This document shows positions 17,783 to 25,763 of a stretch of DNA of 32,000 nt, in pieces. The stretch lies in the NCBI GenBank assembly GCA_044508115.1, contig JBIQII010000001.1, positions 1,547,799 to 1,579,798 of the forward strand, read 5' to 3'. A program made the position numbers and the translations under genes. The stretch is from a bacterium. Its GTDB lineage: Bacteria; Armatimonadota; Fimbriimonadia; Fimbriimonadales; Fimbriimonadaceae. The notes under the pieces were generated by a model. It did no database searches and had not been told where the DNA came from. It saw only the letters and a program-made list of their open reading frames with translations. How positions within the stretch are numbered: the stretch's first letter is position 1; each line of letters opens with the position of its first letter.

Positions 17783-19191
17783 GCAGCGGCCTCGGCGGGT
17801 TCTTCAGGCTTACCCTTGTAGCCCCATTTAACGTAAGCCGCAAATCCTGCTGCCACGGCGAGCATAAGGGCCACCCAGGCCGGGCCAAGCGCATCGTAGA
17901 GCAGATAGATGTTGAGGACAGAAATCACGGTGCCAATCAAAAAGCCGGTCATCTTAACGAGCGGCTTGTTCACGAATTTACCCATCCGCCGAGGATCGCT
18001 CGTCACCGTTATAAGGGGGAAAATCGCAAACGGCAACTGCATCGAAAGCACAACCTGCGACATCACCAGCAGCATAACCGTATCGTGCCCGCCGGTCATT
18101 TGAATCAAAATAATGGCCGGAATAATCGCCAGACTCCGGGTGATTAATCGACGAAGCCAAGGCTTGATCCGCCAGCGCATAAAGCCTTCCATCACGATCT
18201 GCCCGGCCAGGGTTCCCGTCACTGTAGACGATTGACCGGAGGCCAGGAGTGCGACGGCAAACGCAAGACCAGACGTCGCCCCGAGCGTAGTGGAAAGCAT
18301 CCGGTGCCCTTCTTGGAGATCTTCCACCAACGTCCCGTGGAAAGTGGATGCCGCAAGAACCAAGATCGCCGCGTTCACGAAAAAGGCAAGGCTCAACGCC
18401 AAGATTGTATCGATCGTGTTGAACTTGATCGCCTCCTTCATGGAATCATCATCTTCGGGATGCGCTCGGGTTTGCACGATACTCGAGTGCAAATAGAGAT
18501 TGTGCGGCATCACCGTAGCCCCCAAAATTCCAACCGAAATAATGAGTGCTTCCATGTTCGGCATGGTGGGAATAAATGTTCCCCTTGCCACCGCCCCCCA
18601 ATCTGGCTGGGCCAGATAGAGCTCGTAGAAAAAACACCCGAACACGGTCATCACCAACGTCAAAATAATCGCCTCGATCTTGCGGAACCCAAACTTCATA
18701 AAGCCCAGCAGGAGCAAAACATCAAGCCCAGTGACAACAACACCGAGTTCGAGTGGCATTCCAAACAGCAGATTCAGCGCGACCGCCGATCCAACCACTT
18801 CCGCCAAATCGCATGCAATGATTGCGATTTCGCACAAAATCCACATCGCAATCGCCGCCGGTCGTTTGTAATAGTCGCGGCACGCCATCGCCAAATCTTT
18901 CCCGGTGACCAATCCCATGCGGGCGCACAACACCTGCAGGAACTGAGCCAGCAAATTCGAAAGGAAAATCACCCACAAAAGGGCGTAACCAAACTGCGAA
19001 CCACCGGCAAGGTCGGTCCCCCAGTTCCCCGGATCCATGTATCCAACGCTGACTAAGAATCCCGGTCCGGCGACCGCCAACCAACGACGCCAAGCAGGCT
19101 TTCCGGCCGGAAGGGCAATGCTACGATGAACTTCGGGGAGCGAACGATTCGTATCGTTTTTGATTCGAGGGGGCTCAGGAGATGCGGCCAT
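17779..19191 (-). CDS. mntH: Nramp-family divalent metal (Mn2+/Fe2+) transporter
   Basis: This is a 470-aa polytopic protein. It carries the Nramp signature GPGFLVSVGYMDPGNWGTDLAGGSQFGY and MPHNLYLHS. Confidence 0.93.
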   Translation of the reverse strand: MAASPEPPRIKNDTNRSLPEVHRSIALPAGKPAWRRWLAVAGPGFLVSVGYMDPGNWGTDLAGGSQFGYALLWVIFLSNLLAQFLQVLCARMGLVTGKDLAMACRDYYKRPAAIAMWILCEIAIIACDLAEVVGSAVALNLLFGMPLELGVVVTGLDVLLLLGFMKFGFRKIEAIILTLVMTVFGCFFYELYLAQPDWGAVARGTFIPTMPNMEALIISVGILGATVMPHNLYLHSSIVQTRAHPEDDDSMKEAIKFNTIDTILALSLAFFVNAAILVLAASTFHGTLVEDLQEGHRMLSTTLGATSGLAFAVALLASGQSSTVTGTLAGQIVMEGFMRWRIKPWLRRLITRSLAIIPAIILIQMTGGHDTVMLLVMSQVVLSMQLPFAIFPLITVTSDPRRMGKFVNKPLVKMTGFLIGTVISVLNIYLLYDALGPAWVALMLAVAAGFAAYVKWGYKGKPEEPAEAAA

Positions 19192-19199
19192 TGGATTTT

Positions 19200-19215
19200 T
19201 GTAGCCCTTGCTACA
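19200..19215. promoter_or_regulatory. Candidate MntR operator: inverted repeat TGTAGC-N4-GCTACA
   Basis: A perfect 6-bp inverted repeat with a 4-bp spacer lies 9 nt upstream of the mntH start codon, within the 89-bp mntH-mntR divergent region. A degenerate second copy, TCAAGC-CTGT-GCTACA, lies at 19256-19271, next to the mntR start. The 10-mer TGCTACACTT occurs at both 19209-19218 and 19265-19274. Confidence 0.35.
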
Positions 19216-19280
19216 CTTCTTGCATCCATAGTCTGAATCGTCGAGTGAGAAAAAATCAAGCCTGTGCTACACTTTTAGGA

Positions 19281-19721
19281 ATGAGTCCCGCTCATCCCCA
19301 CGCTGCGCGGTTCCAAAAAGCACGGGAAGTTCATCGAACCGAACTTGCCGAAGACTATGTGGAAGTGGTGCTCGATCTCCAAGAAGAGTTCGGTGAGGCC
19401 CGGATGACCGAGGTGGCTCAGCGGATCGGGGTCGCCCATCCGACCGTGGTCAAAGCCATGCGGCGATTGGAAAAAGAAGGCCTCGTCGAGCTCGAACCTT
19501 ACCGGCCGGTCCGGCTGACGCCTGCCGGAAGGGAGCTCGCTCTCGCCTGCCGGACCCGACACCGTATTGTCAAAGATTTCCTAGTCGCCCTTGGACTTTC
19601 AGACGCGGCCGCCGAACTCGAAGCGGAGGGAATGGAACACCATGTGGGCAAAGAAACGCTTGCTCTCATGCAGAAATTCACCGCGTCGAGACCGGATGCT
19701 CAATCAGAGTCGGGGATATAG
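19281..19721 (+). CDS. mntR: DtxR/MntR family manganese-dependent transcriptional regulator
   Basis: The track ORF starts at 19182, which would overlap the mntH start. I place the start at ATG 19281 (MSPAHPHAARFQKAREVHRTELAEDYVEVVLDL). The sequence shows a winged-helix region (ARMTEVAQRIGVAHPTVVKAMRRLEKEGLV) and a DtxR-type dimerisation/metal-site region (RHRIVKDFL...EAEGMEHHV). Confidence 0.85.
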   Translation: MSPAHPHAARFQKAREVHRTELAEDYVEVVLDLQEEFGEARMTEVAQRIGVAHPTVVKAMRRLEKEGLVELEPYRPVRLTPAGRELALACRTRHRIVKDFLVALGLSDAAAELEAEGMEHHVGKETLALMQKFTASRPDAQSESGI

Positions 19722-20305
19722 CAACCGACCGCCGCGGTTTCAGAGATTGAAACCGGTTGTCCCGCGAGGATTTCATCCAGTGCCACTCGCAGATCCCGCC
19801 GATAGTTTTCCCGGATCTTGCCGTGCTCGATATTGGCGTCATCGATTCGCCCTCGGTAGAGCAACTCGTTTCGCGGAGAGAGAACCGCCACTTCCGGAGT
19901 CACTCTTACCCCCGTGGCCTTCGCCAGCTTACGGTTCGGATCAACCAGGGCGGGCATTTTGAAATCAAACTCTTTGGCGTGCTTTGTGTAGTCCGCAATA
20001 CTTTCCAGCGAATCCGGATACACCCGATAGAACTGAACACCTTTTGACCGGTAATCCTGATGAATTCGGTTAATTTCTGGCGCGTATCGATTGGCAATTG
20101 GACACACCGACGAGATGAAAATCAACACCGTTGCATGAGATCGAGCAGTCTCAATTTTTGCCGGATTCCGCTCCAGATCAAAGCCTCCCGAAAGGTCGAC
20201 TTGCGAACTCGAGGCGAGAAGTACCACCGCCAACGCAACCATGAATCCAAGTGTACTGCAAACCTTTCTCAGCGAGAGATGCTCAGCCAAACAGGCATAG
20301 ATCAT
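19700..20305 (-). CDS. Thioredoxin-fold redoxin (AhpC/TSA/TlpA-like) exported protein
   Basis: The sequence ATVLIFISSVCPIANRYAPEINRIHQDYRSKGVQFYRVYPD fits a thioredoxin-fold redoxin with a single visible active-site Cys (SVCP). The track start is 20368. ATG 20305 (MIYACLAEHLSLRKVCSTLGFMVALAVVLLASSS) gives a plausible signal peptide. The 3' end overlaps the mntR 3' end by 22 nt. Confidence 0.72.
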   Translation of the reverse strand: MIYACLAEHLSLRKVCSTLGFMVALAVVLLASSSQVDLSGGFDLERNPAKIETARSHATVLIFISSVCPIANRYAPEINRIHQDYRSKGVQFYRVYPDSLESIADYTKHAKEFDFKMPALVDPNRKLAKATGVRVTPEVAVLSPRNELLYRGRIDDANIEHGKIRENYRRDLRVALDEILAGQPVSISETAAVGCYIPDSD

Positions 20306-20623
20306 CGTTCGAGAAGAGACGAAAACGGCAAGATCACGGCTATAATTGTTGATGAAGGCGGAAAGCACACAGATGGTATCAGGGCCTTGGTAGACGCGGA
20401 TGCCGTTCGTGGTTCAAAGATAACCCCCGACGAACTGGTCGAGAACTTGAAGCGGGACGGCATCTACCGGGAGCCGAAACGACGGGTCGTCGCGGTCTTG
20501 ATGAGCCACCCGCACTTGACGCCGGAGATAAAAAAGCTATCCGAGGACGCTCAAGCGGAACTCAGGGCCCAGGGCGGGAAATCCCGGACAACCTTCCACC
20601 CCGGTACAAGCCGGAGTAACTGA
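20279..20623 (+). CDS. Hypothetical protein / possible 5' fragment of a frame-disrupted gene (see findings)
   Basis: The in-frame ATG at 20279 lies within track ORF 20060-20623. The portion downstream of the redoxin start reads protein-like: ITAIIVDEGGKHTDGIRALVDADAVRGSKITPDELVENLKRDGIYREPKRRVVAVLMSHPHLTPEIKKLSEDAQAELRAQ. I recognised no family. The start codon is unsupported, and TTG 20387 is an alternative. Confidence 0.3.
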   Translation: MLSQTGIDHRSRRDENGKITAIIVDEGGKHTDGIRALVDADAVRGSKITPDELVENLKRDGIYREPKRRVVAVLMSHPHLTPEIKKLSEDAQAELRAQGGKSRTTFHPGTSRSN

Positions 20624-20935
20624 GCTCGATTCTGCCCATGTTAACCAAGTAGCAGCCAAAGCCAAAGCTCGCAAAGCTGCACGCCAGGCCGCTCGCAATC
20701 GCGGTGAAACCCCGCTGGCGTCTGGCTTTGATCCAGACATTCTCTACGATGCGATTGACGACGCCATTATCTGGATTGCTGAACGCGCCTACCCCATCGA
20801 AGTCGCCATTCGTGAAGTACTCAAGGCATATAAGCTCCCAGAAGATGCAGCAGAGCACATTCGCATAGGAATAGATGATGAGTTCGCGAACCCCCAGGCT
20901 CCGGTATCCCGCACGTTGGAAGGTAAAATCTTACC

Positions 20936-22141
20936 TTGCGGAACTGGTACAAAACTCTTTTGTGGGCCGCCGCGGGCGCCATTGTCGCGGCGGGGGTTTA
21001 CCCCGCCCCCGCACGGCCAAACGTTCCACGTAACCCCACCTTTTCCGCCGATATCTATCCGATTTTCCGACAGAAGTGTTTGCCTTGCCACACGCCTAAT
21101 CGAGTTGGTCCGTTCCGTTTTGATGAGTACGATTCGGTCAAGCGTCACCTCCTTCTGATCGAATCGCAAGTGCTTAGCCGGAATATGCCCCCCTATCAGA
21201 TCACCTCCGACCTGGGATTAATCGGATGCGGTGAACCATTTACCGATGCGGAGATGCGACTGTTTCAGCACTGGGTATCCAATGGGGCACCTCAAGGATC
21301 GTCGATCCCTTCGCACGATCCGGCCCAACCGCCGGATTCCACCTTGAATATCGCGTTAGAAAATGCTCCACCCACCCGCGCGGAAGGTGCCCCTTACTGG
21401 ATGCTATACGAAGTTCCGGTACCCGAGTCAGCCGAAATCTACGGGTTCGATTTCTTGCCCGCCACGCCCGGACTCCTCCGGAGCGCAACGCTGGGAATCA
21501 TACGGAATACGCAACCCAATCCCCCGCGCGAGGTTGTGAGTCGGATCGGACTCCGAGGCAACAATATCCTCGGCGCGTGGTCGGACGGGATGCCCGCATT
21601 CCGACTTCCGCCGGATGCCAGCATTGACCTCCGCAAGGGCGATGTCATTCGAGTGCTTGCCTTATACCAGCCCACCGGGCGCCCCCTCGATTCCGGATTT
21701 ACCATCCGCCTACTCACCACCGATCAACCCCGTCCAAAAACTATGGATGTGATTAGCTTTGAAGATGATAAGTTTATCATTCCAGCGGGACACTCGCCAA
21801 CATTTACCCTCGGCACCACTCTTGCAGAATCTCGCCGAATCTACGCGATTCTTCCGGAAGCGCGGTTCTACTGCACTACTTTCGAAGCGACCGCGACCAC
21901 TCCTGCGGGCAAACAAACGCTTTTTGCCACAAATCGCTGGAGCCCTTATTGGATCGGCAACTTTGCCCTTCCCACCACGCCAGAATATTCCGCGGGCACC
22001 ACGCTTGCGTTTCGCTTTACTTATAACAATGATGAACGGTGCGCGATGAACCTCACCCGTCCGCCCAAAACGGTCCAGCCGGGCGAAACAATTGACGATG
22101 AAGCGTGCGCGGTACACGTCATCACCATCGTCGATCGCTAA
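20936..22141 (+). CDS. Membrane-anchored periplasmic CXXCH-motif protein, probably of the copper type II ascorbate-dependent monooxygenase (PHM/DBH)-like family
   Basis: The gene has a TTG start and an N-terminal anchor WYKTLLWAAAGAIVAAGV. The sequence DIYPIFRQKCLPCHTPNRVGPFRFDEYDSVKRHLLLIESQVLSRNMPPYQ contains CLPCH at nt 21077-21091. From memory, this pattern (I-x-P-I-x(4)-C-x-x-C-H...G-P-F-x-L...MPP[WY]) is the N-terminal module of bacterial redoxin/PHM-like proteins. The assignment of the remainder of the protein is an inference. Confidence 0.75.
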   Translation: MRNWYKTLLWAAAGAIVAAGVYPAPARPNVPRNPTFSADIYPIFRQKCLPCHTPNRVGPFRFDEYDSVKRHLLLIESQVLSRNMPPYQITSDLGLIGCGEPFTDAEMRLFQHWVSNGAPQGSSIPSHDPAQPPDSTLNIALENAPPTRAEGAPYWMLYEVPVPESAEIYGFDFLPATPGLLRSATLGIIRNTQPNPPREVVSRIGLRGNNILGAWSDGMPAFRLPPDASIDLRKGDVIRVLALYQPTGRPLDSGFTIRLLTTDQPRPKTMDVISFEDDKFIIPAGHSPTFTLGTTLAESRRIYAILPEARFYCTTFEATATTPAGKQTLFATNRWSPYWIGNFALPTTPEYSAGTTLAFRFTYNNDERCAMNLTRPPKTVQPGETIDDEACAVHVITIVDR

Positions 22142-22144
22142 CGC

Positions 22145-23767
22145 TTATCGTTCAATACGGAACTGAGCAAAATCGATATTCGCCGCTAACCGCGCCGATG
22201 TGCGGGTCAACGAATCGTACGTAAGTCGCACCTTCACCTGATTGGTTCCCGCTTGAACGTAATCCGCCGGATCACCGGTTGCTCGTACGATTACGTTGGC
22301 ATAGCTTTGGGAGGCCGTCGGTGAGCCTAGTAACTGCCAGGCCTGAGTTCGGAAATTATAAACTTCCAACCGTTTAAAGTACGCCTCACTCGTTTCCTTG
22401 CTGCGGAGTTCGAATTCAATCGATTGCGGATTGTCATCAAAAGCGTGAGTCATGAATTCCAGTTCAATCGGATACAAACTCGTTGACGCTGATCCCGGCA
22501 AAATCTCCCAGCCGTTACCATCCGCAGTGCCGATCAAATCGGGCGTTGATCCAGTAGCGGATTGACCCCGTGTCAGAGTGACCGCCGGTGTAGAGGAGCG
22601 CGTCACCGCTTTGGAAACATCTACCACAAACAATCCGCGATTGATATCGCTGATAATTACCACTCCGCTGGGGAAAAACGGATAACAGCTCCACGCCCCA
22701 TCGAAACCGCGGTTATCGTTGGCCGGGTACGTGTCGTAGAACCCGACGAGAAATACATTCGTCGGAGCATCGGAAACATCGAAAATACGAAGTCCGCTGC
22801 GATAGTTGGCTTGGAAGCTGAATCCATCGACCACGTACTGGTTATGGTCAATTGCCGGAAGTCCGGTGGAAAAGGTGCCGACAAAGTAAGCATTTTCCGG
22901 ATCTTCGACGTTGAACACCAGCGACCGAGTAGAAACAAAGAGTGAGTTTTCGTCAAGCTCGTCATCGACAAACAAATACTTTCGATCCGTGCTTAGCCAC
23001 GCCTGATGGCAGTAGCTCATGTTCGGATAAGTCACCCGTTTCACCAACTTAGGTGAGTTTTTGTCGGTCATATCGTAAATATCCACGCCGCGACCTTCGC
23101 TACAACCAAAGAACAGTTCTCGGCCCGCTAGATTTCCGGATTGCCAAGTCACCACTTGGGCATCGTGAATATAGTTGGTGGTCATCGAAGCTGCGCCAAC
23201 CTGAACCGGGTGGGCCGGATTAGTAAGATCGAAACACGTGGTGGTTCCGCTAGATTGATTTGAACCGACGGTGTAGAGGAATCCGTTCTCTTCATCCATC
23301 ACCAAGTTGTGCGATCGCCCCGGACTGTTGATGGTTCGGACAAGCACCACCTGGCCGGAATCAATCTGCCCCATATCGATCACTTGGATTCCAGTACCGC
23401 TCGCTTCGGTGACCACGTACGCGAATTGACCGTAGACCTTGATATCCGACCACGTGCTACTCGTATGGGGAATCGTGGTCAGGATCTGCGGCGCAGTCGG
23501 ATTGGTAATCTCCACGAATGCCGTCCGGTTGTTGAGGCCCATGATCGCGTATTCACGACCAGATGGCGAAACGTAACCCCAGCAATCGTTTCCGGCCGAA
23601 GCTCCGAAAGTCGCCAAGCTAATTCGGCTGAGTTCGACAACATTCTCACCGAATTGAGCCGATCCGATCGCGGCAAGGGCAAGCAGGGTCGTCGCGGCAA
23701 GGTTTCGAAAGAAAGGGGACATACCAGAGGTTCCTAGCCTTTTGATTATATGACGCGAACCTTTCAT
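22145..23767 (-). CDS. Choice-of-anchor B / LVIVD-repeat beta-propeller secreted protein
   Basis: The sequences NDCWGYVSPSGREYAIMG, AFVEITNP, FAYVVTEASGTGIQVIDM, GFLYTV, CFDLTNPAHP, GVDIYDMTDKNSP and HQAWLSTDRKYLFVDDELDE follow the repeat logic of choice-of-anchor B/LVIVD proteins. The alternative start ATG 23722 (MSPFFRNLAATTLLALAAIGSAQF) gives a clean signal peptide. Confidence 0.85.
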   Translation of the reverse strand: MKGSRHIIKRLGTSGMSPFFRNLAATTLLALAAIGSAQFGENVVELSRISLATFGASAGNDCWGYVSPSGREYAIMGLNNRTAFVEITNPTAPQILTTIPHTSSTWSDIKVYGQFAYVVTEASGTGIQVIDMGQIDSGQVVLVRTINSPGRSHNLVMDEENGFLYTVGSNQSSGTTTCFDLTNPAHPVQVGAASMTTNYIHDAQVVTWQSGNLAGRELFFGCSEGRGVDIYDMTDKNSPKLVKRVTYPNMSYCHQAWLSTDRKYLFVDDELDENSLFVSTRSLVFNVEDPENAYFVGTFSTGLPAIDHNQYVVDGFSFQANYRSGLRIFDVSDAPTNVFLVGFYDTYPANDNRGFDGAWSCYPFFPSGVVIISDINRGLFVVDVSKAVTRSSTPAVTLTRGQSATGSTPDLIGTADGNGWEILPGSASTSLYPIELEFMTHAFDDNPQSIEFELRSKETSEAYFKRLEVYNFRTQAWQLLGSPTASQSYANVIVRATGDPADYVQAGTNQVKVRLTYDSLTRTSARLAANIDFAQFRIER

Positions 23768-23879
23768 TTAGCAAATATTTCTTTATAAGCCTGGAAAATG
23801 TTTGCGATTGCAAGCCGATTCTGCCATGACGCGGCGAAAGGGCCAGAACGGTATCCCTGCGCTCTGGTAAACCCGGTGC

Positions 23880-25385
23880 ATGTCCGAATTTGCCTCGATT
23901 GTACAAGCTCTTCTTCCGGATCTCAACACGGTGAAGGGTGACGATCTCGCGGTTCACACGCCCATTGATGGAAGCAAAATAGCCACGCTCCGCACCCACA
24001 CAGCCGAAGAAATCGACGCGATAATTACCCAAAGCGTCACCGCGTTCGATACATGGCGACTCGTCCCCGCCCCCCGCCGTGGCGAGTTTGTCCGTCGACT
24101 GGGCGAAAAACTGCGGCACCATAAGGAAGAACTCGCCCAGCTTGTCACCCTCGAATGCGGCAAGATCATCGAAGAAGGCCGCGGCGAAGTCCAAGAGATG
24201 ATCGACATTTGCGATTTTGCCGTCGGGCTTTCGCGCCAACTTTACGGACTCACCATCGCCAGCGAACGGCCTCGCCACACCATGCAGGAAAACTGGCTCC
24301 CACTCGGACCAGTCGGGATCATTAGCGCGTTTAACTTTCCGGTGGCCGTATGGAGTTGGAACGCCGCGCTTGCATTTGTCTGTGGCGACTCGACCATTTG
24401 GAAGCCTTCGGAAAAGACTCCGCTTACCGCACTCGCGGTCCAACGGATGGTGGACGAAGTTGCAAACGACTTCCCCGAAGCTCCGGAAGGTCTCAGCCAG
24501 GTTATTCTTGGCACCGCCGATCAAGGGGCTCAGCTGGTTGATGATACGCGGGTGCCGCTTATTTCCGCGACCGGATCGACCCGTATGGGCCGGATTGTTG
24601 GGCCGCGGGTCGCCGCTCGGTTTGGCCGATCCCTTTTGGAACTAGGTGGAAATAATGCGATTATCGTTACCCCCAGTGCCGATCTCCAAGTTGCAATCCC
24701 CAGCATCCTATTCGGATCAGTAGGAACCGCGGGCCAGCGATGCACATCCACCCGCCGCGTAATCGTGCACGAATCCATTTACGATTCGTTGTTCCGCACT
24801 TTGCGCGATGCGTATGCCCAGATTGCTAAAACCAAAGTCGGCAATCCCCTAGAATCCACTACTCTGGTGGGACCGCTTATCGATGAAGAAGCATTCGACT
24901 GTATGCAGAACGGACTTAAAACAATCAAAGAGCATGCTTCGGAAGTTGTGGGAGGGTCGCGCATCGATTTAGGAAACGATGGATTTTATGTCGAGCCTGT
25001 GATCATCAAACTTGATAAGCCTCACCCCGCGGTCGATACTGAAATCTTTGCCCCGCTTACGTACGTAATGCCTTACTCAACTCTTGAAGAAGCGTTGCAT
25101 ATCCACAACTCTGTCCCGCAGGGATTGAGCTCGGCGATCATGACCACCGATCTCCGCGAAGCGGAATACTTCAAGCAAAATTCTGACTGCGGAATTGCCA
25201 ACGTCAACATCGGAACCAGTGGTGCGGAAATTGGCGGCGCATTCGGCGGAGAAAAGGAGACCGGCGGGGGCAGGGAATCCGGCAGTGATTCGTGGAAGGC
25301 TTATATGCGGCGCCAAACCAGCACAACCTACTTTGGAGTCAAACCGCCCGCGCTGGCTCAAGGCGTTACTTTTAAGATAGAATAA
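23880..25385 (+). CDS. Aldehyde dehydrogenase, ALDH7 (alpha-aminoadipic semialdehyde / piperideine-6-carboxylate dehydrogenase)-like
   Basis: This is a 501-aa protein. The catalytic Glu segment is LELGGNNA and the catalytic Cys segment is GTAGQRCTSTRR. The C-terminal GGEKETGGGRESGSDSWKAYMRRQTSTTYF closely resembles the antiquitin-family signature. Confidence 0.92.
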   Translation: MSEFASIVQALLPDLNTVKGDDLAVHTPIDGSKIATLRTHTAEEIDAIITQSVTAFDTWRLVPAPRRGEFVRRLGEKLRHHKEELAQLVTLECGKIIEEGRGEVQEMIDICDFAVGLSRQLYGLTIASERPRHTMQENWLPLGPVGIISAFNFPVAVWSWNAALAFVCGDSTIWKPSEKTPLTALAVQRMVDEVANDFPEAPEGLSQVILGTADQGAQLVDDTRVPLISATGSTRMGRIVGPRVAARFGRSLLELGGNNAIIVTPSADLQVAIPSILFGSVGTAGQRCTSTRRVIVHESIYDSLFRTLRDAYAQIAKTKVGNPLESTTLVGPLIDEEAFDCMQNGLKTIKEHASEVVGGSRIDLGNDGFYVEPVIIKLDKPHPAVDTEIFAPLTYVMPYSTLEEALHIHNSVPQGLSSAIMTTDLREAEYFKQNSDCGIANVNIGTSGAEIGGAFGGEKETGGGRESGSDSWKAYMRRQTSTTYFGVKPPALAQGVTFKIE

Positions 25386-25414
25386 TGGACAAGCATTGCA
25401 GTAACCAAACTATT

Positions 25415-25440
25415 AAGGTCCGCTCACTGGAGCGGACCTT
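25415..25440. terminator. Perfect GC-rich hairpin downstream of the aldehyde dehydrogenase gene (terminator-like, no clear U-tract)
   Basis: The sequence is AAGGTCCGCTC-ACTG-GAGCGGACCTT, an 11-bp perfect stem with a 4-nt loop. It begins 30 nt after the stop codon at 25385. The flanks on both strands are only weakly T-rich. Confidence 0.4.
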
Positions 25441-25469
25441 GGTCAGATTTGAAGAGATGCAAAACCCAA

Positions 25470-25589
25470 CTATTCGGGAAAATCAAGAAGCGCATCGCCT
25501 TCGTCGATCAGCAAAAAGTCTTGCCATTCAAGATCGCTCGAAACAACTTGCCAATCGTTGATTACGGATTCGAACATCGGATTTCGCAT
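25470..25589 (-). CDS. Candidate 39-aa acidic small protein (below the ORF-track size cut-off)
   Basis: The ATG at 25589 is preceded by AGGTGA with 7-nt spacing (ACAGGTGACAAGACA-ATG). The translation is MRNPMFESVINDWQVVSSDLEWQDFLLIDEGDALLDFPE, and the stop is TAG at 25470-25472. The hairpin at 25415-25440 lies just downstream. There is no homology evidence. Confidence 0.2.
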   Translation of the reverse strand: MRNPMFESVINDWQVVSSDLEWQDFLLIDEGDALLDFPE

Positions 25590-25715
25590 TGTCTTGTCAC
25601 CTGTTAAAGGATTCTACGACGACGTTCTTCCGGATGAGGTTTAGGCAATCCCTGAATCCATAAATGTTATATAAAATCGACCCAGAACACCTCAGCCCGG
25701 TTTCAGCTCACGAAA

Positions 25716-25755
25716 AACCCCCGGAAAAAGACGGAATGCGCCAGGACCGGGGGTT
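25716..25755 (-). terminator. Terminator-like hairpin directly after the sugar dehydrogenase stop codon
   Basis: On the minus strand the sequence reads AACCCCCGG, a 22-nt loop, then CCGGGGGTT followed by TTTCG. That is a 9-bp stem and 5 consecutive T including the stem end. It starts 9 nt after the stop at 25764. The large loop weakens this call. Confidence 0.4.
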
Positions 25756-25763
25756 CAGTGAAC

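Noticed and set aside
18232-19056. A 274-aa plus-strand ORF.
   Set aside because: It is antisense to mntH (DPGN motif, polytopic). Its sequence is extremely Arg/His/Gln-rich, which is typical of the reverse frame of a membrane protein gene.
20530-20536. The sequence A_AAA_AAG, in phase as X_XXY_YYZ within frame A, is identical to the dnaX/IS3-type -1 programmed frameshift heptamer.
   Set aside because: The -1 frame after the site closes after about 28 codons (TAA near 20617), and no DDE-transposase-like or other extended product follows. The frame that is actually open and protein-like downstream is +1, not -1. I saw no convincing downstream stimulatory hairpin.
20562-21169. Minus-strand ORFs of 98 aa and 126 aa in the redoxin/CXXCH intergenic region.
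   Set aside because: Their sequences (MLCCIFWELICLEYF..., Cys/Trp/Arg-rich) are much less protein-like than the plus-strand frames covering the same DNA. The second is antisense to the CXXCH gene.
23646-24524. A 292-aa minus-strand ORF.
   Set aside because: It lies antisense to the aldehyde dehydrogenase gene (23880-25385), which is well supported, and also overlaps the choice-of-anchor B gene. Its sequence is low-complexity and Arg/Gly/Cys-rich with no motif. It is a typical shadow ORF of GC-rich coding DNA.
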